Source: Tepidisphaera sp. (GTDB lineage: Bacteria; Planctomycetota; Phycisphaerae; Phycisphaerales; UBA1924). From it: a stretch of DNA of 64,000 bases. A program made the translations under genes and the position numbers. Below are positions 41,189 through 50,350 of this stretch, in pieces. Each line of letters opens with the position of its first letter. The stretch's first letter is position 1. A model generated the notes under the pieces. It saw nothing but the letters and a program-made list of their open reading frames with translations. It ran no database searches and had not been told where the DNA came from. Where the stretch lies: the NCBI GenBank assembly GCA_050916045.1, contig CP051526.1, positions 1,344,001 to 1,408,000 on the forward strand, read 5' to 3'.

Positions 41189-41524
41189 CTACTCCGGCTT
41201 CTTCCAGCCGGTGTCGGGATCCTTGTCGAGCATCTTGGCGGAGCGGTTGATGCACCAGGTGCAGATGGTGGCGCCGGTGGCGGAGCTGCGCCAGGCTTTC
41301 TCTGATTTGGTGAGGAGGCAGAGAGCGCAGGAGTAGCCTTCGTCGGCGTTGTTTTCGTCGAGGACGATGACGCGGCGGTAGGCTTCGCGGAGGCAGACGC
41401 CGCAGATGATCGAGCCTTTGTGGCCTTCGACCATGGCGAGATCTTCGGTCCATTCAGAGCCGCAGTAGTCGCAGAGGAAGTCGGACATCTGGGCGGCGTC
41501 TTCGTTGATGCCATCTTTACGCAA
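41189..41524 (-). CDS. small tandem C4 zinc-finger protein (ClpX-ZBD-like)
   Basis: CDYC..ICGVC..CALC..ICTWC; TTG 41524 with AAGGAG 7 nt upstream. Confidence 0.75.
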   Translation of the reverse strand: MRKDGINEDAAQMSDFLCDYCGSEWTEDLAMVEGHKGSIICGVCLREAYRRVIVLDENNADEGYSCALCLLTKSEKAWRSSATGATICTWCINRSAKMLDKDPDTGWKKPE

Positions 41525-43442
41525 GCGGGGCTCCTTCGGCGGGCGCGGGGAGGGTGTTGAGTGGCGCGAGGCCGGTGAGCGTTCCGCTGAGCCCGCCGTG
41601 GAGGCCGCTTCCGAGGCCCTGATTTTCGGCGAGGGAGCGGTAGAGGGAGCATCGTTCGAGGAGGTCGGCGTGTCGGCCGACATCGACGATGCGTCCGGCT
41701 TCCATGACGACGATGCGGTCGGCGGCGAGAACGGTGCTGAGGCGGTGGGCGACGATGAGGCAGGTGCGTCCGCGCTTGAATTCGGCGAGCGCTTCGGCGA
41801 TGCGTGCTTCGCTTTCGGCGTCGATCATGCTGGTGGCTTCGTCAAGGATGAGGATGCGCGGGTCGCGGAGGATGGCGCGGGCGATGGCGAGGCGTTGGCG
41901 CTGTCCGCCGGACATGCTGAGTCCTTGTTCGGCGACGAACTCGGCGTAGGCGCCGGGCTTGGCGGCGATGAACTCGTGGGCGCGGGCGCTCCTGGCGGCG
42001 GCTTGGATTTGTTCCAGGGTGGCGGCTTCCATGCCGTAGGCGATGTTCTCGGCGATGGTGCCGCGGAAGAGGACGGTTTCCTGGGTGACGACACCGATTT
42101 GTTTGCGCAGGCTTTCGACGGAGAATTTGCGGATGTCGACATCGTCGATGAGGACCTCGCCGGCGGCGGGGTCGAAGATGCGTGGGATGAGGGAGAGGAG
42201 GGTGGTTTTGCCGCAGCCGTTGGGTCCGACGAACGCGACGGTCTCGCCGAACTTGACGGTGAGGGAGACGCCAGCGAGCGCGGGGGCGCTCGCGCCCGGG
42301 TAGGTGAGGTGGACGTCGCGGAACTCGATCGAGGCGCCGTGGGTCGGCATGGCGGGCAGGCCGGGCTCGTGGCCGGGTTCGGAGATGGCGGATTCGAGCT
42401 CCCAGAGGCGGTCGGCGGCGGCGGAGCTTTGCTGAATGTCGTTGACGAGCCCGGTGAGGGGCCTGAGGGAGGCTCCGGCCATTCCGAGGGCGCCGAGGAC
42501 GACGATCATGGTTTCCTTGTCGAGCTTGCCGTCGAAGATGGCTTTGATCGCGACGAGCGCCATGACGCCGACGGCGATGATGGCGATGACCTCGACGAGG
42601 GGGCTTGCGAGGGCGCGGGCGGTGCGGACCTTGTTGAGCTCGCGGAGGAAGTGGCGGTTGGAGTCGTCGAAGACGCCGAGCTGCCTGGATTCGGTGGTGT
42701 GGACCTTGACGACGCGGAAGCCCTGGAGGCTTTCGAGAGCGGTGCGTGAGACGTCGGCTTGGTGTTCGAGGACGCGGCGTGTCGCTCGGCGGATGCGTGA
42801 GCCGAGTTTGCGGATGACGATGGCGATGAGCGGGAAGACGACGAGGGCGACGATGGAGATGCGCCAATCGAGCGTGAAAGCGACGATGATGGCGACGAGG
42901 CCTTTGGTGGAGTCGGCGACGGCTTTGCTCAGGAGTGTCGAAAAGCCGGTGGAGAGGTTCCACGAGTCGACGATGATGCGGTTGACGACGTCGGTGGGGC
43001 CGGTTTTGACGACGCCGAGGAGCGGAAGGCGGAGGACGCGGCCGAAGACGTCGCGGCGGATGTCGGCGAGGCTTCGGTTGACGACGGTGAGGGAGAGGAA
43101 GACGTGTCCGAAGTTGGCGACGGCGCCGATGATGGTGAGGAGGCCCAGAAGGGAGAAGAGGAGGACGGGCGCGGTCATCTTGCCGTCGGGGAGGGACTGG
43201 GCGAGGCTTTCGGGGATCTGGATGCCCCAGGCGGAGAGTTTCTGGTTCCAGCCTGCGACGGCCTGGGTGAAGGTGGCGGGGGCGGGGTTGTCCTTGTCAC
43301 CCAGGACGAGTTCGAGGATGGGCTTGAGCCCGAGGAGGCCGGCACCGAGGGAGCCAGCGGAGAGGAGCGCGAGGGTCATGGCCCCGGCGAGCGTGCCGGG
43401 GTAGCGGACCATCCTTGATGCGTAGTGCCAGAACGGACGCAT
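41517..43442 (-). CDS. MsbA-like ABC exporter (TMD+NBD)
   Basis: GPNGCGKT, MSGGQRQR, ILDEATS, VAHRLST. Confidence 0.93.
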   Translation of the reverse strand: MRPFWHYASRMVRYPGTLAGAMTLALLSAGSLGAGLLGLKPILELVLGDKDNPAPATFTQAVAGWNQKLSAWGIQIPESLAQSLPDGKMTAPVLLFSLLGLLTIIGAVANFGHVFLSLTVVNRSLADIRRDVFGRVLRLPLLGVVKTGPTDVVNRIIVDSWNLSTGFSTLLSKAVADSTKGLVAIIVAFTLDWRISIVALVVFPLIAIVIRKLGSRIRRATRRVLEHQADVSRTALESLQGFRVVKVHTTESRQLGVFDDSNRHFLRELNKVRTARALASPLVEVIAIIAVGVMALVAIKAIFDGKLDKETMIVVLGALGMAGASLRPLTGLVNDIQQSSAAADRLWELESAISEPGHEPGLPAMPTHGASIEFRDVHLTYPGASAPALAGVSLTVKFGETVAFVGPNGCGKTTLLSLIPRIFDPAAGEVLIDDVDIRKFSVESLRKQIGVVTQETVLFRGTIAENIAYGMEAATLEQIQAAARSARAHEFIAAKPGAYAEFVAEQGLSMSGGQRQRLAIARAILRDPRILILDEATSMIDAESEARIAEALAEFKRGRTCLIVAHRLSTVLAADRIVVMEAGRIVDVGRHADLLERCSLYRSLAENQGLGSGLHGGLSGTLTGLAPLNTLPAPAEGAPLA

Positions 43443-43451
43443 GGACCTCCA

Positions 43452-43946
43452 TCATTGGCTGATCGCGGGGGGCTCGCTTGCGGCGGCGATTTCGGTGAGG
43501 AGGGCGCGCCACTCGGCGTAGCGGTACTCGAGGTGGTGGGCGTCGTGGAGGGCGCGGATCTGGGCGAGGCCGTGCTCACTGAGCTTGTGCTGCCAATCCT
43601 GAGCGGAGCGGTCGCAGAAGTAGACGCGGCAGCCGAGGGGCTTGATGGTGTGGGCGGTGCAGAGGTTGGCGGATTGGAAGGGGCAGGGGTCGCCGCGGCC
43701 GGAGGGGGGGATCATGGCGGAGGGGTGATTTTCGCCGTGCCGGACGACGGAGTACGCGGCTTCGAGGCCGGTGACGTAGAGGAGGTGGCCGGAAGCTTCG
43801 AAGTTGCAGCAGCGACCGCTGGCCCAGCAGGCGGGGCTTCGGGCTTCGATGTGGGATGCGATGTCGGCGTAAATGGCTTCGAGGTCGGCGCGGATCCGCG
43901 GGTCGCGGGCGGCGCCGAGCCAAGCCTGGATGGGGTCCGGTGACAT
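43452..43946 (-). CDS. YkgJ-like cysteine cluster protein
   Basis: CWASGRCC, CPF, CTAH..KPLGCRVYFC. Confidence 0.8.
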   Translation of the reverse strand: MSPDPIQAWLGAARDPRIRADLEAIYADIASHIEARSPACWASGRCCNFEASGHLLYVTGLEAAYSVVRHGENHPSAMIPPSGRGDPCPFQSANLCTAHTIKPLGCRVYFCDRSAQDWQHKLSEHGLAQIRALHDAHHLEYRYAEWRALLTEIAAASEPPAISQ

Positions 43947-43959
43947 GGAGGGGCTTGCG

Positions 43960-44559
43960 TCAGGTGGAGGAGCGATCGACGATCGCGTACTGCTCGCGTT
44001 CGCCGCGGCCGCGGACCGGGTAGTCCTTGCGGAGCGGGTGGGCGGGGTAGTCCTCCCAGGTCAGGATGCGGCGCAGGTCCGGGTGGTTGCGGAAGCGGAT
44101 GCCGTACATGTCGAAGACCTCGCGTTCGGGCCATTCGGCGCCGGGCCAGAGGTCGCACGCGGAGTCGACGTAAAGAGCAGGGTCCTCGACGATGCCGTCG
44201 GTGGGGAGCGAGGGGTTGAGGTAGGTCTTGACGAAGAAGCGTTCATCGCGGCTGAAGCAGAGGAGGTTGTAGACGACGGCGAAGCGGCCCGGCTGGGGCG
44301 AGGGGTATTCGAGGTAGTCGAGGCCGACGACGTCGGAGAGGAACTCGTACGCGCACTCGTTCTTGAGGAAGGCGAGCACGGCGTGGAGGTCGGCTGGTTC
44401 GACGATGACGGTGGAGACGCCGCGGAAATCGGTGCCGCGGAACTTCTTGCCCGCGAAGGCGGTCTTGAGGCGGGCGAACATCGGGTGGTCGAGCGTCGGG
44501 ACCGGGGCGGGGGTGCCGTAGGCGGTCGACGGGGTGTTCGAGGGAGGGGTCGTCGTCAT
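43960..44559 (-). CDS. nuoC: NADH-quinone oxidoreductase subunit C
   Basis: RFAVVYNL, EREVFDMYGIRFRNHPDLRRIL, HPLRKDYP. Confidence 0.95.
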   Translation of the reverse strand: MTTTPPSNTPSTAYGTPAPVPTLDHPMFARLKTAFAGKKFRGTDFRGVSTVIVEPADLHAVLAFLKNECAYEFLSDVVGLDYLEYPSPQPGRFAVVYNLLCFSRDERFFVKTYLNPSLPTDGIVEDPALYVDSACDLWPGAEWPEREVFDMYGIRFRNHPDLRRILTWEDYPAHPLRKDYPVRGRGEREQYAIVDRSST

Positions 44560-44601
44560 GGCGGAACGGTAGCACCGGGGTCGTGGGTTGTGCGGTCGGC
44601 G

Positions 44602-45201
44602 TCAGGTCAGGCCGAGGAGCCAGTCGGCCCGGTTGTGGCGGTCGATGATGAGCGGCCAGGCGGATCGGCGGACGGTGGTCATCGCGTGCCGCCAGGCGGG
44701 TTCCTTGATGAGGCCGGTGCCGGCGGGGGCGAACTCGCCCGGGCCGGAGAGATCTTCGAGGATGATGCCGCGGACGGCGGGGTGGCTTTCGAAGGCCGAG
44801 AGGATGCGGATGAGGTGGTCCGAGGCGTGGGGGAGCATCGCGGGGGCGATGAGGTCGGCGGGGGCGAGGAGGAGCTCGACGCGGGACTCGAAGCGGCGGA
44901 GGAGGCCGAGGGTGGTGGGGACGTCGGAGAGGACGGAGTCGGCGGCGGGGCGGAGGCACAGGGTGGAGGCAGGGGGGAGGGAAGCCAGGGCACGGTCGAG
45001 GGCGGCGTCGAGGTCGGGCATGGCGCTGCCCATCCGGAGCTTCCAGAGGGCGGACTCGTCGGCTTCATCGCGGAGGGGGGCACCTGGCGAGGCGATGCAG
45101 CGGCCGGGGAGCCATGAACGCGGAGATTCGGGGAGGATGGGGGGGACGAGATTTCCGAAGACGCTTCCGTCGGCGGCGAGGAGCGTGTCAATCCGTGGCA
45201 T
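44602..45201 (-). CDS. hypothetical protein
   Basis: ORF with codon bias and TAACCT-N6-ATG start. Confidence 0.6.
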   Translation of the reverse strand: MPRIDTLLAADGSVFGNLVPPILPESPRSWLPGRCIASPGAPLRDEADESALWKLRMGSAMPDLDAALDRALASLPPASTLCLRPAADSVLSDVPTTLGLLRRFESRVELLLAPADLIAPAMLPHASDHLIRILSAFESHPAVRGIILEDLSGPGEFAPAGTGLIKEPAWRHAMTTVRRSAWPLIIDRHNRADWLLGLT

Positions 45202-45389
45202 GGGCGGAGGTTACGCGCGGCGAGGGGAGTTGAGACGGGTGGTCAAGGAGGAGGGGCTGAACGTCCGATGGTGGTTATACGTTTCATAGGATGGGGGCGG
45301 GCGTCCGATCTCCACCATCCGCACGAAGGTCGGCATCGCCGCGAGGAACCCGGAGGGGCTTGCGTCGGTGAAGATGAAGGATTACCGCG

Positions 45390-45656
45390 ATGAGCATGGT
45401 GTCTCTGTACGATGAAGCTGATCTGCGGGAGTCCGCCAAGCCGGAGGTGCCGGCGTTCTCGCGGTCGCAGCTCATCCGCGAGATCTTGGCGATCAACACG
45501 ACGGTGGATCCCTTGTTCCTGGATGGGTTCAGCGAGAAGCGGCTGAAGTCGTACCGGGACCACTTGGTGTGGTCTCAGGAGCCGCGGCAGGGATCGTCTC
45601 CTTGGAGCGATCCGGACGCGACGCACTCGATCGGGTACACCGAGCCGGAAGAGTGA
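45390..45656 (+). CDS. small hypothetical protein
   Basis: GAAGGA RBS; followed by a long hairpin. Confidence 0.6.
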   Translation: MSMVSLYDEADLRESAKPEVPAFSRSQLIREILAINTTVDPLFLDGFSEKRLKSYRDHLVWSQEPRQGSSPWSDPDATHSIGYTEPEE

Positions 45657-45694
45657 GACGAACGAGACGGGTTGACGTGCCTCGATGAGCCACG

Positions 45695-45752
45695 AAAACC
45701 GGCTGTGGTCAGGGAGCCCGTGGTGGGGTTCCTTGCTGCGGCCGGTTTTTTT
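45695..45752 (+). terminator. long imperfect hairpin/terminator
   Basis: AAAACCGGCTGTGG...GCTGCGGCCGGTTTTTT. Confidence 0.65.
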
Positions 45753-45804
45753 ATGCGCGGTGAATGGGTGGTCCCGGCGCGGACGGCGGGCCGATATTCG
45801 GCCC

Positions 45805-47337
45805 ATGAATCGATGGGTGAGCGTTGTTGCGGCGGTCATGGCGGGTGTGGGGATGGCGGCGGCCGCGATGGGGCAGCCGGGGGGGGCGGCGTGGCGTGAC
45901 GCCAAGCCGGAAGAGGTGTCGCCGCCGGCGCCGATGCGCGAGTTTCGCGGGGCGTGGGTCGCGACGGTCGCGAACATCGACTGGCCGACGTCGCGGACGG
46001 CGAGCGTCTCGCAGCAGCGGGCCGAGATGCTCGCGATGCTGGACGCGATGAAAGCGGCGAACTTCAACGCGGTGGTCTTCCAGGTGCGGCCGTCGTGCGA
46101 TGCGTTCTACAAGAGCGAGCTTGAGCCGTGGTCGGAGTTCCTGACCGGGGAGAGCGGGAAAGCGCCGGCGGAGGAGTTTGACCCGCTGGCGGAGTGGATC
46201 AGGGAGGCGCACGCACGGGGGATGGAGCTTCACGCGTGGGTGAACCCGTTCCGGGCGCGGCACTTTGACGCGAAGAAGCCGGATGCGGCGACGCATGTGT
46301 CGCGGACGAAGCCGGAGCTTGTGAAGGCGTACGACCGCTTTTTGTGGCTTGATCCGGGTGAAGCGGAGGCGCAGGAGCACACGTTTCGAGTGATCGCGGA
46401 CATCACGTCGCGTTACGACATCGACGGGCTTCACATCGACGACTACTTCTATCCGTATCCGAAGGGGAGCGAGCCGTTTCCGGATGGGCCGTCGTGGACG
46501 CGGTATAGCGATGACGGGGGGCGGCTGTCGCGGGATGATTGGCGGCGGGACAACATCAACCGGTTTGTGAAGCGGCTTTACGAGACGACGAAAGCGACGA
46601 AGAAGCATGTGAAGGTGGGGATCAGTCCGTTTGGGATCTGGCGGCCGGAGCATCCTGCGGGTGTGAAGGGGATGGATGCGTACGAGAAGCTTTACGCGGA
46701 TGCGAGGCTTTGGCTTCGGGAGGGGTGGCTTGATTACTGCTCGCCGCAGCTTTATTGGCGGGTTGAGGCGCCGCAGCAGCCGTTTGTGCCGCTTCTCAAG
46801 TGGTGGGAGGGAGAGAACGTGAAGGCGCGGTCGATGTGGCCGGGGCTTTATCCGAGCAGGCTGCTGCCGGGAGAGATCGAGAAGAACGCGGGGTGGACGG
46901 GCGAAGAGATTGTGAAGCAGGTGGGGCTGATCCGGGAGTTTGTGAAGCTGGGGCCGGGGTCGGTGCACTTTTCGGCAAAGGCGATCGTGTCGGATGCCGG
47001 GGGCGTGCGGACGGGGCTGGCACGCGGGCCGTTTGCGGCGCCGGCGCTGGTGCCGGCGACGCCGTGGCTTGACGATGTGCCGCCGGCGGCGCCGCTGCTT
47101 TCGGTCGAGGCGGATGCGAAGGGGGGGATCGCGGTGCGGTGGACGATGGCTTCGGCGACGGACGAGGCGTCGCGGGTGTGGGCGGTGGCGGTGAGGGCCG
47201 GGCAGCAGTGGACGACGATCATTGCGCCGGGCGCGGAGCGGAACTTCACCGCGACGGGGACGGGGATTGATGCGGTGGCGATCTGGGCGGTGGACCGCGC
47301 GGGGAACCTGAGCGTGCCAGCGGTGATGGTGCGGTGA
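45805..47337 (+). CDS. GHL10/DUF187 glycoside hydrolase-like protein
   Basis: Signal; EFRGAWVATVANIDWP, FQVRP, HAWVNPFR, DGLHIDDYFYPYP, GISPFGIW, PQLYW. Confidence 0.93.
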   Translation: MNRWVSVVAAVMAGVGMAAAAMGQPGGAAWRDAKPEEVSPPAPMREFRGAWVATVANIDWPTSRTASVSQQRAEMLAMLDAMKAANFNAVVFQVRPSCDAFYKSELEPWSEFLTGESGKAPAEEFDPLAEWIREAHARGMELHAWVNPFRARHFDAKKPDAATHVSRTKPELVKAYDRFLWLDPGEAEAQEHTFRVIADITSRYDIDGLHIDDYFYPYPKGSEPFPDGPSWTRYSDDGGRLSRDDWRRDNINRFVKRLYETTKATKKHVKVGISPFGIWRPEHPAGVKGMDAYEKLYADARLWLREGWLDYCSPQLYWRVEAPQQPFVPLLKWWEGENVKARSMWPGLYPSRLLPGEIEKNAGWTGEEIVKQVGLIREFVKLGPGSVHFSAKAIVSDAGGVRTGLARGPFAAPALVPATPWLDDVPPAAPLLSVEADAKGGIAVRWTMASATDEASRVWAVAVRAGQQWTTIIAPGAERNFTATGTGIDAVAIWAVDRAGNLSVPAVMVR

Positions 47338-47343
47338 GCGGGG

Positions 47344-47994
47344 CTACATCACGAACTGGACGAGGGCGTCGCTGGTCTGCCACGCGGCGCGCTGCATGGG
47401 GCGGCTTGCGAACATGTAGAGGACGGCGAAGCCGAAGACCATGACGAACTGGCCTTTTTCGCCGTTGAAGAGGCGGTAGAAGCCTGGGACGAAGTTGCCG
47501 AGGATTCGGGAGCCGTCAAGGGGTGGGACGGGGAAGAGATTGAACATCACGAGGAAGATGTTGAGGCTGAGGCCGGTGTGGAAGAACATGAAGAGGTTGA
47601 AGGTCTTGGAGACGTCGACGGCGCCGCTGCTGACGACTCGGAAGAGGATGGCGACGCCGGCGAGGCAGAAGACGCCGAGGATGACGTTCATGAGGGGGCC
47701 GGCGGCGGCGACGAGGGCGTCGCCGTAGCGGCTTCGGAAGCGGGAGGGGTTGACGGGCATCGCGCCCCAGGCAAAGCCGAAGAGGGCGAACAAGAGGAGG
47801 CTCATGGGACCCATGTGAACGAAGGGGTTCCAGGTCATGTGACCGGCGTCGATGGGGGTGCGGTCTCCCTGCCAGATGGCGGCCCAGCCGTGGCCGAGCT
47901 CGTGGAGGCAGATGGAGAAAATGATCCAGAAGATCCACGTGGCGAGCAGCGCGGGGCTCTGGTTCAGTGTGTCGATGACCCACCAGCCTTGCAT
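47344..47994 (-). CDS. site-2 protease (M50)
   Basis: HELGH, AGPLMN, FNLFPVPPLDG; AAAGGAG RBS. Confidence 0.93.
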   Translation of the reverse strand: MQGWWVIDTLNQSPALLATWIFWIIFSICLHELGHGWAAIWQGDRTPIDAGHMTWNPFVHMGPMSLLLFALFGFAWGAMPVNPSRFRSRYGDALVAAAGPLMNVILGVFCLAGVAILFRVVSSGAVDVSKTFNLFMFFHTGLSLNIFLVMFNLFPVPPLDGSRILGNFVPGFYRLFNGEKGQFVMVFGFAVLYMFASRPMQRAAWQTSDALVQFVM

Positions 47995-48063
47995 CGGTCT
48001 CCTTTCGCGAGAGGTGACGGAGGTTAGGAGGGCCGGGGGCGCGTGATCGTGTATGCTCCCGGC

Positions 48064-49695
48064 ATGACGATGCTCGCCAAGGATGGCTCGCTCGCGGCGC
48101 TGGATTGGGTGGTGCTCGCGGGGTACTTCGCGCTTCTGGCGGGGTCGGGGGCGTATTTCGCGTGGCGGGCGAAGAGGCGGCACGTGGAGAGCGCGGGAGC
48201 GTACTTCACGTCGGACCAGGCGATGCCGGTGTGGGCGGTGGCGGTGTCGATCCTCGCGACGGCGCAGTCGGCGGCGACGTTTACGGGAGCCCCGGAGCAA
48301 TCGTATCTGGGAAACCTCGCGTACCTAGCAACGAACCTCGGTGGCTTGATCGCGGCGGTGATTCTCGCGTGGGTGTTCATCCCGGCGTACTACAAGCGGA
48401 ACGTGACGACGCCATACCAGCTGCTTGAGCAGCGATTCGGGCCGGGGGCGAAGCTTGCGGCGAGCTGGACGTACATGTTCGGTCGAGTTTTCGCGAGCGG
48501 GTCGCGGGTCTTCGTCGGGGCGGTGCCGGTGTCGATCGCGATGTACGGGGATGCGGAAGCGGGGCACCTGGCGGTCGCGATCGCGGCGTTCATGGCGTTC
48601 GGCGTGGTGTACACGCTCGCGGGCGGGATCACGAGCGTGATCTGGACGGATGTGCTCCAGGTCGCGGTGTATCTGGGAGCGGCGGCGGTGGTGGTGGCGC
48701 TGCTTGTTGGCAAGATCACGGCGCCGTGGAGCGAGGTGTACGAGGCGCTCAGCACCGGGGGGCCGGGGGGGACGTCGAAGCTGACGCTGTTTCCGAGCGG
48801 GTTTCGGGCGGATGGGTCGTTTGACTGGGGGTCGGGGATCAACATCTTCACGATCCTGACGGGGTTTGTGCTCATCACGCTCGCGAGCCACGGGACGGAT
48901 CAGGACCTAGTGCAGCGCATGCTGACGTGCAAGTCGGCGCGGAAGGGGAGCTGGTCGGTGATTTCGGGGCAGCTGGTGGGGATTCCGGCGGTGGCGCTGT
49001 TCATGGTGCTGGGGATGTTGCTTTGGGTGTACTACCAGCGGCCGGAGCTGATGGGCGGGGTTGCGGCGGAAGCGGCGCCGGGGAAGGGGAGCGAGGTGGT
49101 GCTGCGGTACATTCTCAATGAGCTTGGAGCGACGGGGTGGGGCGTGGCGGGGCTGATGATCGCGGGGGTGATGGCGGCGGGGCCGGCGGGGATCAACTCG
49201 GGCCTCAACTCGATGGCGAGCACGTTCGTGACGGACGTGTACCGGCCTGCGAAGCCGGGGCGGAGCGAGGAGCACTATGTGCGGGTGTCGCGGCTCGCGG
49301 TGGTGGCGTGGGGAATCGTGCTCGGGGCGTTTGCGATGCTCTGCATTCACTGGTTCAAAGCGTCGAAGTCGACGATCATTGATTTCGTGCTCAGCGTGAT
49401 GAACTTCGCGTACGCGGGGCTTCTGGGTGTGTTCCTGACGGCGCTGTTCACGAAGCGCGGGAGCACGGCCTCGGCGATCGCGGCGCTGGTGGCGGGGGCG
49501 GTGACGGTGCTCGCCCTGCGTCCGGAACTCTGGAGCTGGGTGCTTGCAATCAGGACCGAGAATGCGGATGCGGAGCTCGCATTCAAGCTGGCGGGGCCTT
49601 GGCAGCTGGTCGCGGGGACGGTGGTGGCGGTGGGGGTGTGCTGCGTGGGGAAACGAGTGGAGCGGAGCGTCAATCCTGATCCCAGTAGCCCTTGA
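48064..49695 (+). CDS. sodium:solute symporter
   Basis: SAATFTGAP, YQLLEQRFG, GGITSVIWTD, GTDQDLVQR. Confidence 0.92.
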   Translation: MTMLAKDGSLAALDWVVLAGYFALLAGSGAYFAWRAKRRHVESAGAYFTSDQAMPVWAVAVSILATAQSAATFTGAPEQSYLGNLAYLATNLGGLIAAVILAWVFIPAYYKRNVTTPYQLLEQRFGPGAKLAASWTYMFGRVFASGSRVFVGAVPVSIAMYGDAEAGHLAVAIAAFMAFGVVYTLAGGITSVIWTDVLQVAVYLGAAAVVVALLVGKITAPWSEVYEALSTGGPGGTSKLTLFPSGFRADGSFDWGSGINIFTILTGFVLITLASHGTDQDLVQRMLTCKSARKGSWSVISGQLVGIPAVALFMVLGMLLWVYYQRPELMGGVAAEAAPGKGSEVVLRYILNELGATGWGVAGLMIAGVMAAGPAGINSGLNSMASTFVTDVYRPAKPGRSEEHYVRVSRLAVVAWGIVLGAFAMLCIHWFKASKSTIIDFVLSVMNFAYAGLLGVFLTALFTKRGSTASAIAALVAGAVTVLALRPELWSWVLAIRTENADAELAFKLAGPWQLVAGTVVAVGVCCVGKRVERSVNPDPSSP

Positions 49696-50206
49696 GCTTG
49701 CGGCAGAGCTGGCATTGGAAGACGTAGACGCAGGGGCTTTCTTCGCGAGTGACGGCTTTGATGAAGTCGTCGATGTTCTCGTTGGGCCACTTGCCGATGC
49801 CGTCGAGGGTGGGGATGACATCGGCCCAGTGCGTGCGAAGTTCGGGCCCATCGGCACGGCCCAGATAGAGGCAGGGCTTGTCGCAGCACAGGAGCCAGTG
49901 GTTGCCCTGCCAACTCAGGTATCCGGGGGTTCGTTGTTTGAGGAGGGCTTTGTCTTCCGGAGTCAGTCGTTGGTACTCACCGCTCGCGCACTGAACGCGC
50001 ATGATAAAGCCGAAGCCCGCTGCGGCGGCGGATCCGTCGGCGATGCACCACGGGCAGCAGGGTGAGCGGTCGCCCTTGCCGTAGAGCTCGGCGGTGTAGA
50101 GCATGCCGCGGGCTTGGCCGCAGACGGAGCAGGGCTTGGAGGACTTTTCGAAGACCTTCTCGCGGAGGGGGTCGGGGAAGAGGGGGAAGGTGGGGAGGGG
50201 GTGCAT
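49670..50206 (-). CDS. CbrC/UPF0167 family protein
   Basis: CSVCG, CPWCIADGSAA, RTPGYLSWQ..WL.CC..PC.YLG, YVFQCQLC. Confidence 0.88.
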   Translation of the reverse strand: MHPLPTFPLFPDPLREKVFEKSSKPCSVCGQARGMLYTAELYGKGDRSPCCPWCIADGSAAAAGFGFIMRVQCASGEYQRLTPEDKALLKQRTPGYLSWQGNHWLLCCDKPCLYLGRADGPELRTHWADVIPTLDGIGKWPNENIDDFIKAVTREESPCVYVFQCQLCRKLKGYWDQD

Positions 50207-50221
50207 GGGGGGGAGTTGAGA

Positions 50222-50346
50222 GCTTGAATTTGAAATTTTAGATTTCAAATTTCAAATTTCGAATTTGGAATATGGAATATGGAATTTGGAATCTCAAATT
50301 CTAGATCTCAAATTTCAAACTGCAAAGCCCAAATTTCAAAGCTGAA
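50222..50346. repeat. AT-rich heptamer array in mixed orientation
   Basis: GAATTT/AAATTTC/GGAATAT units. Confidence 0.88.
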
Positions 50347-50350
50347 CCCA

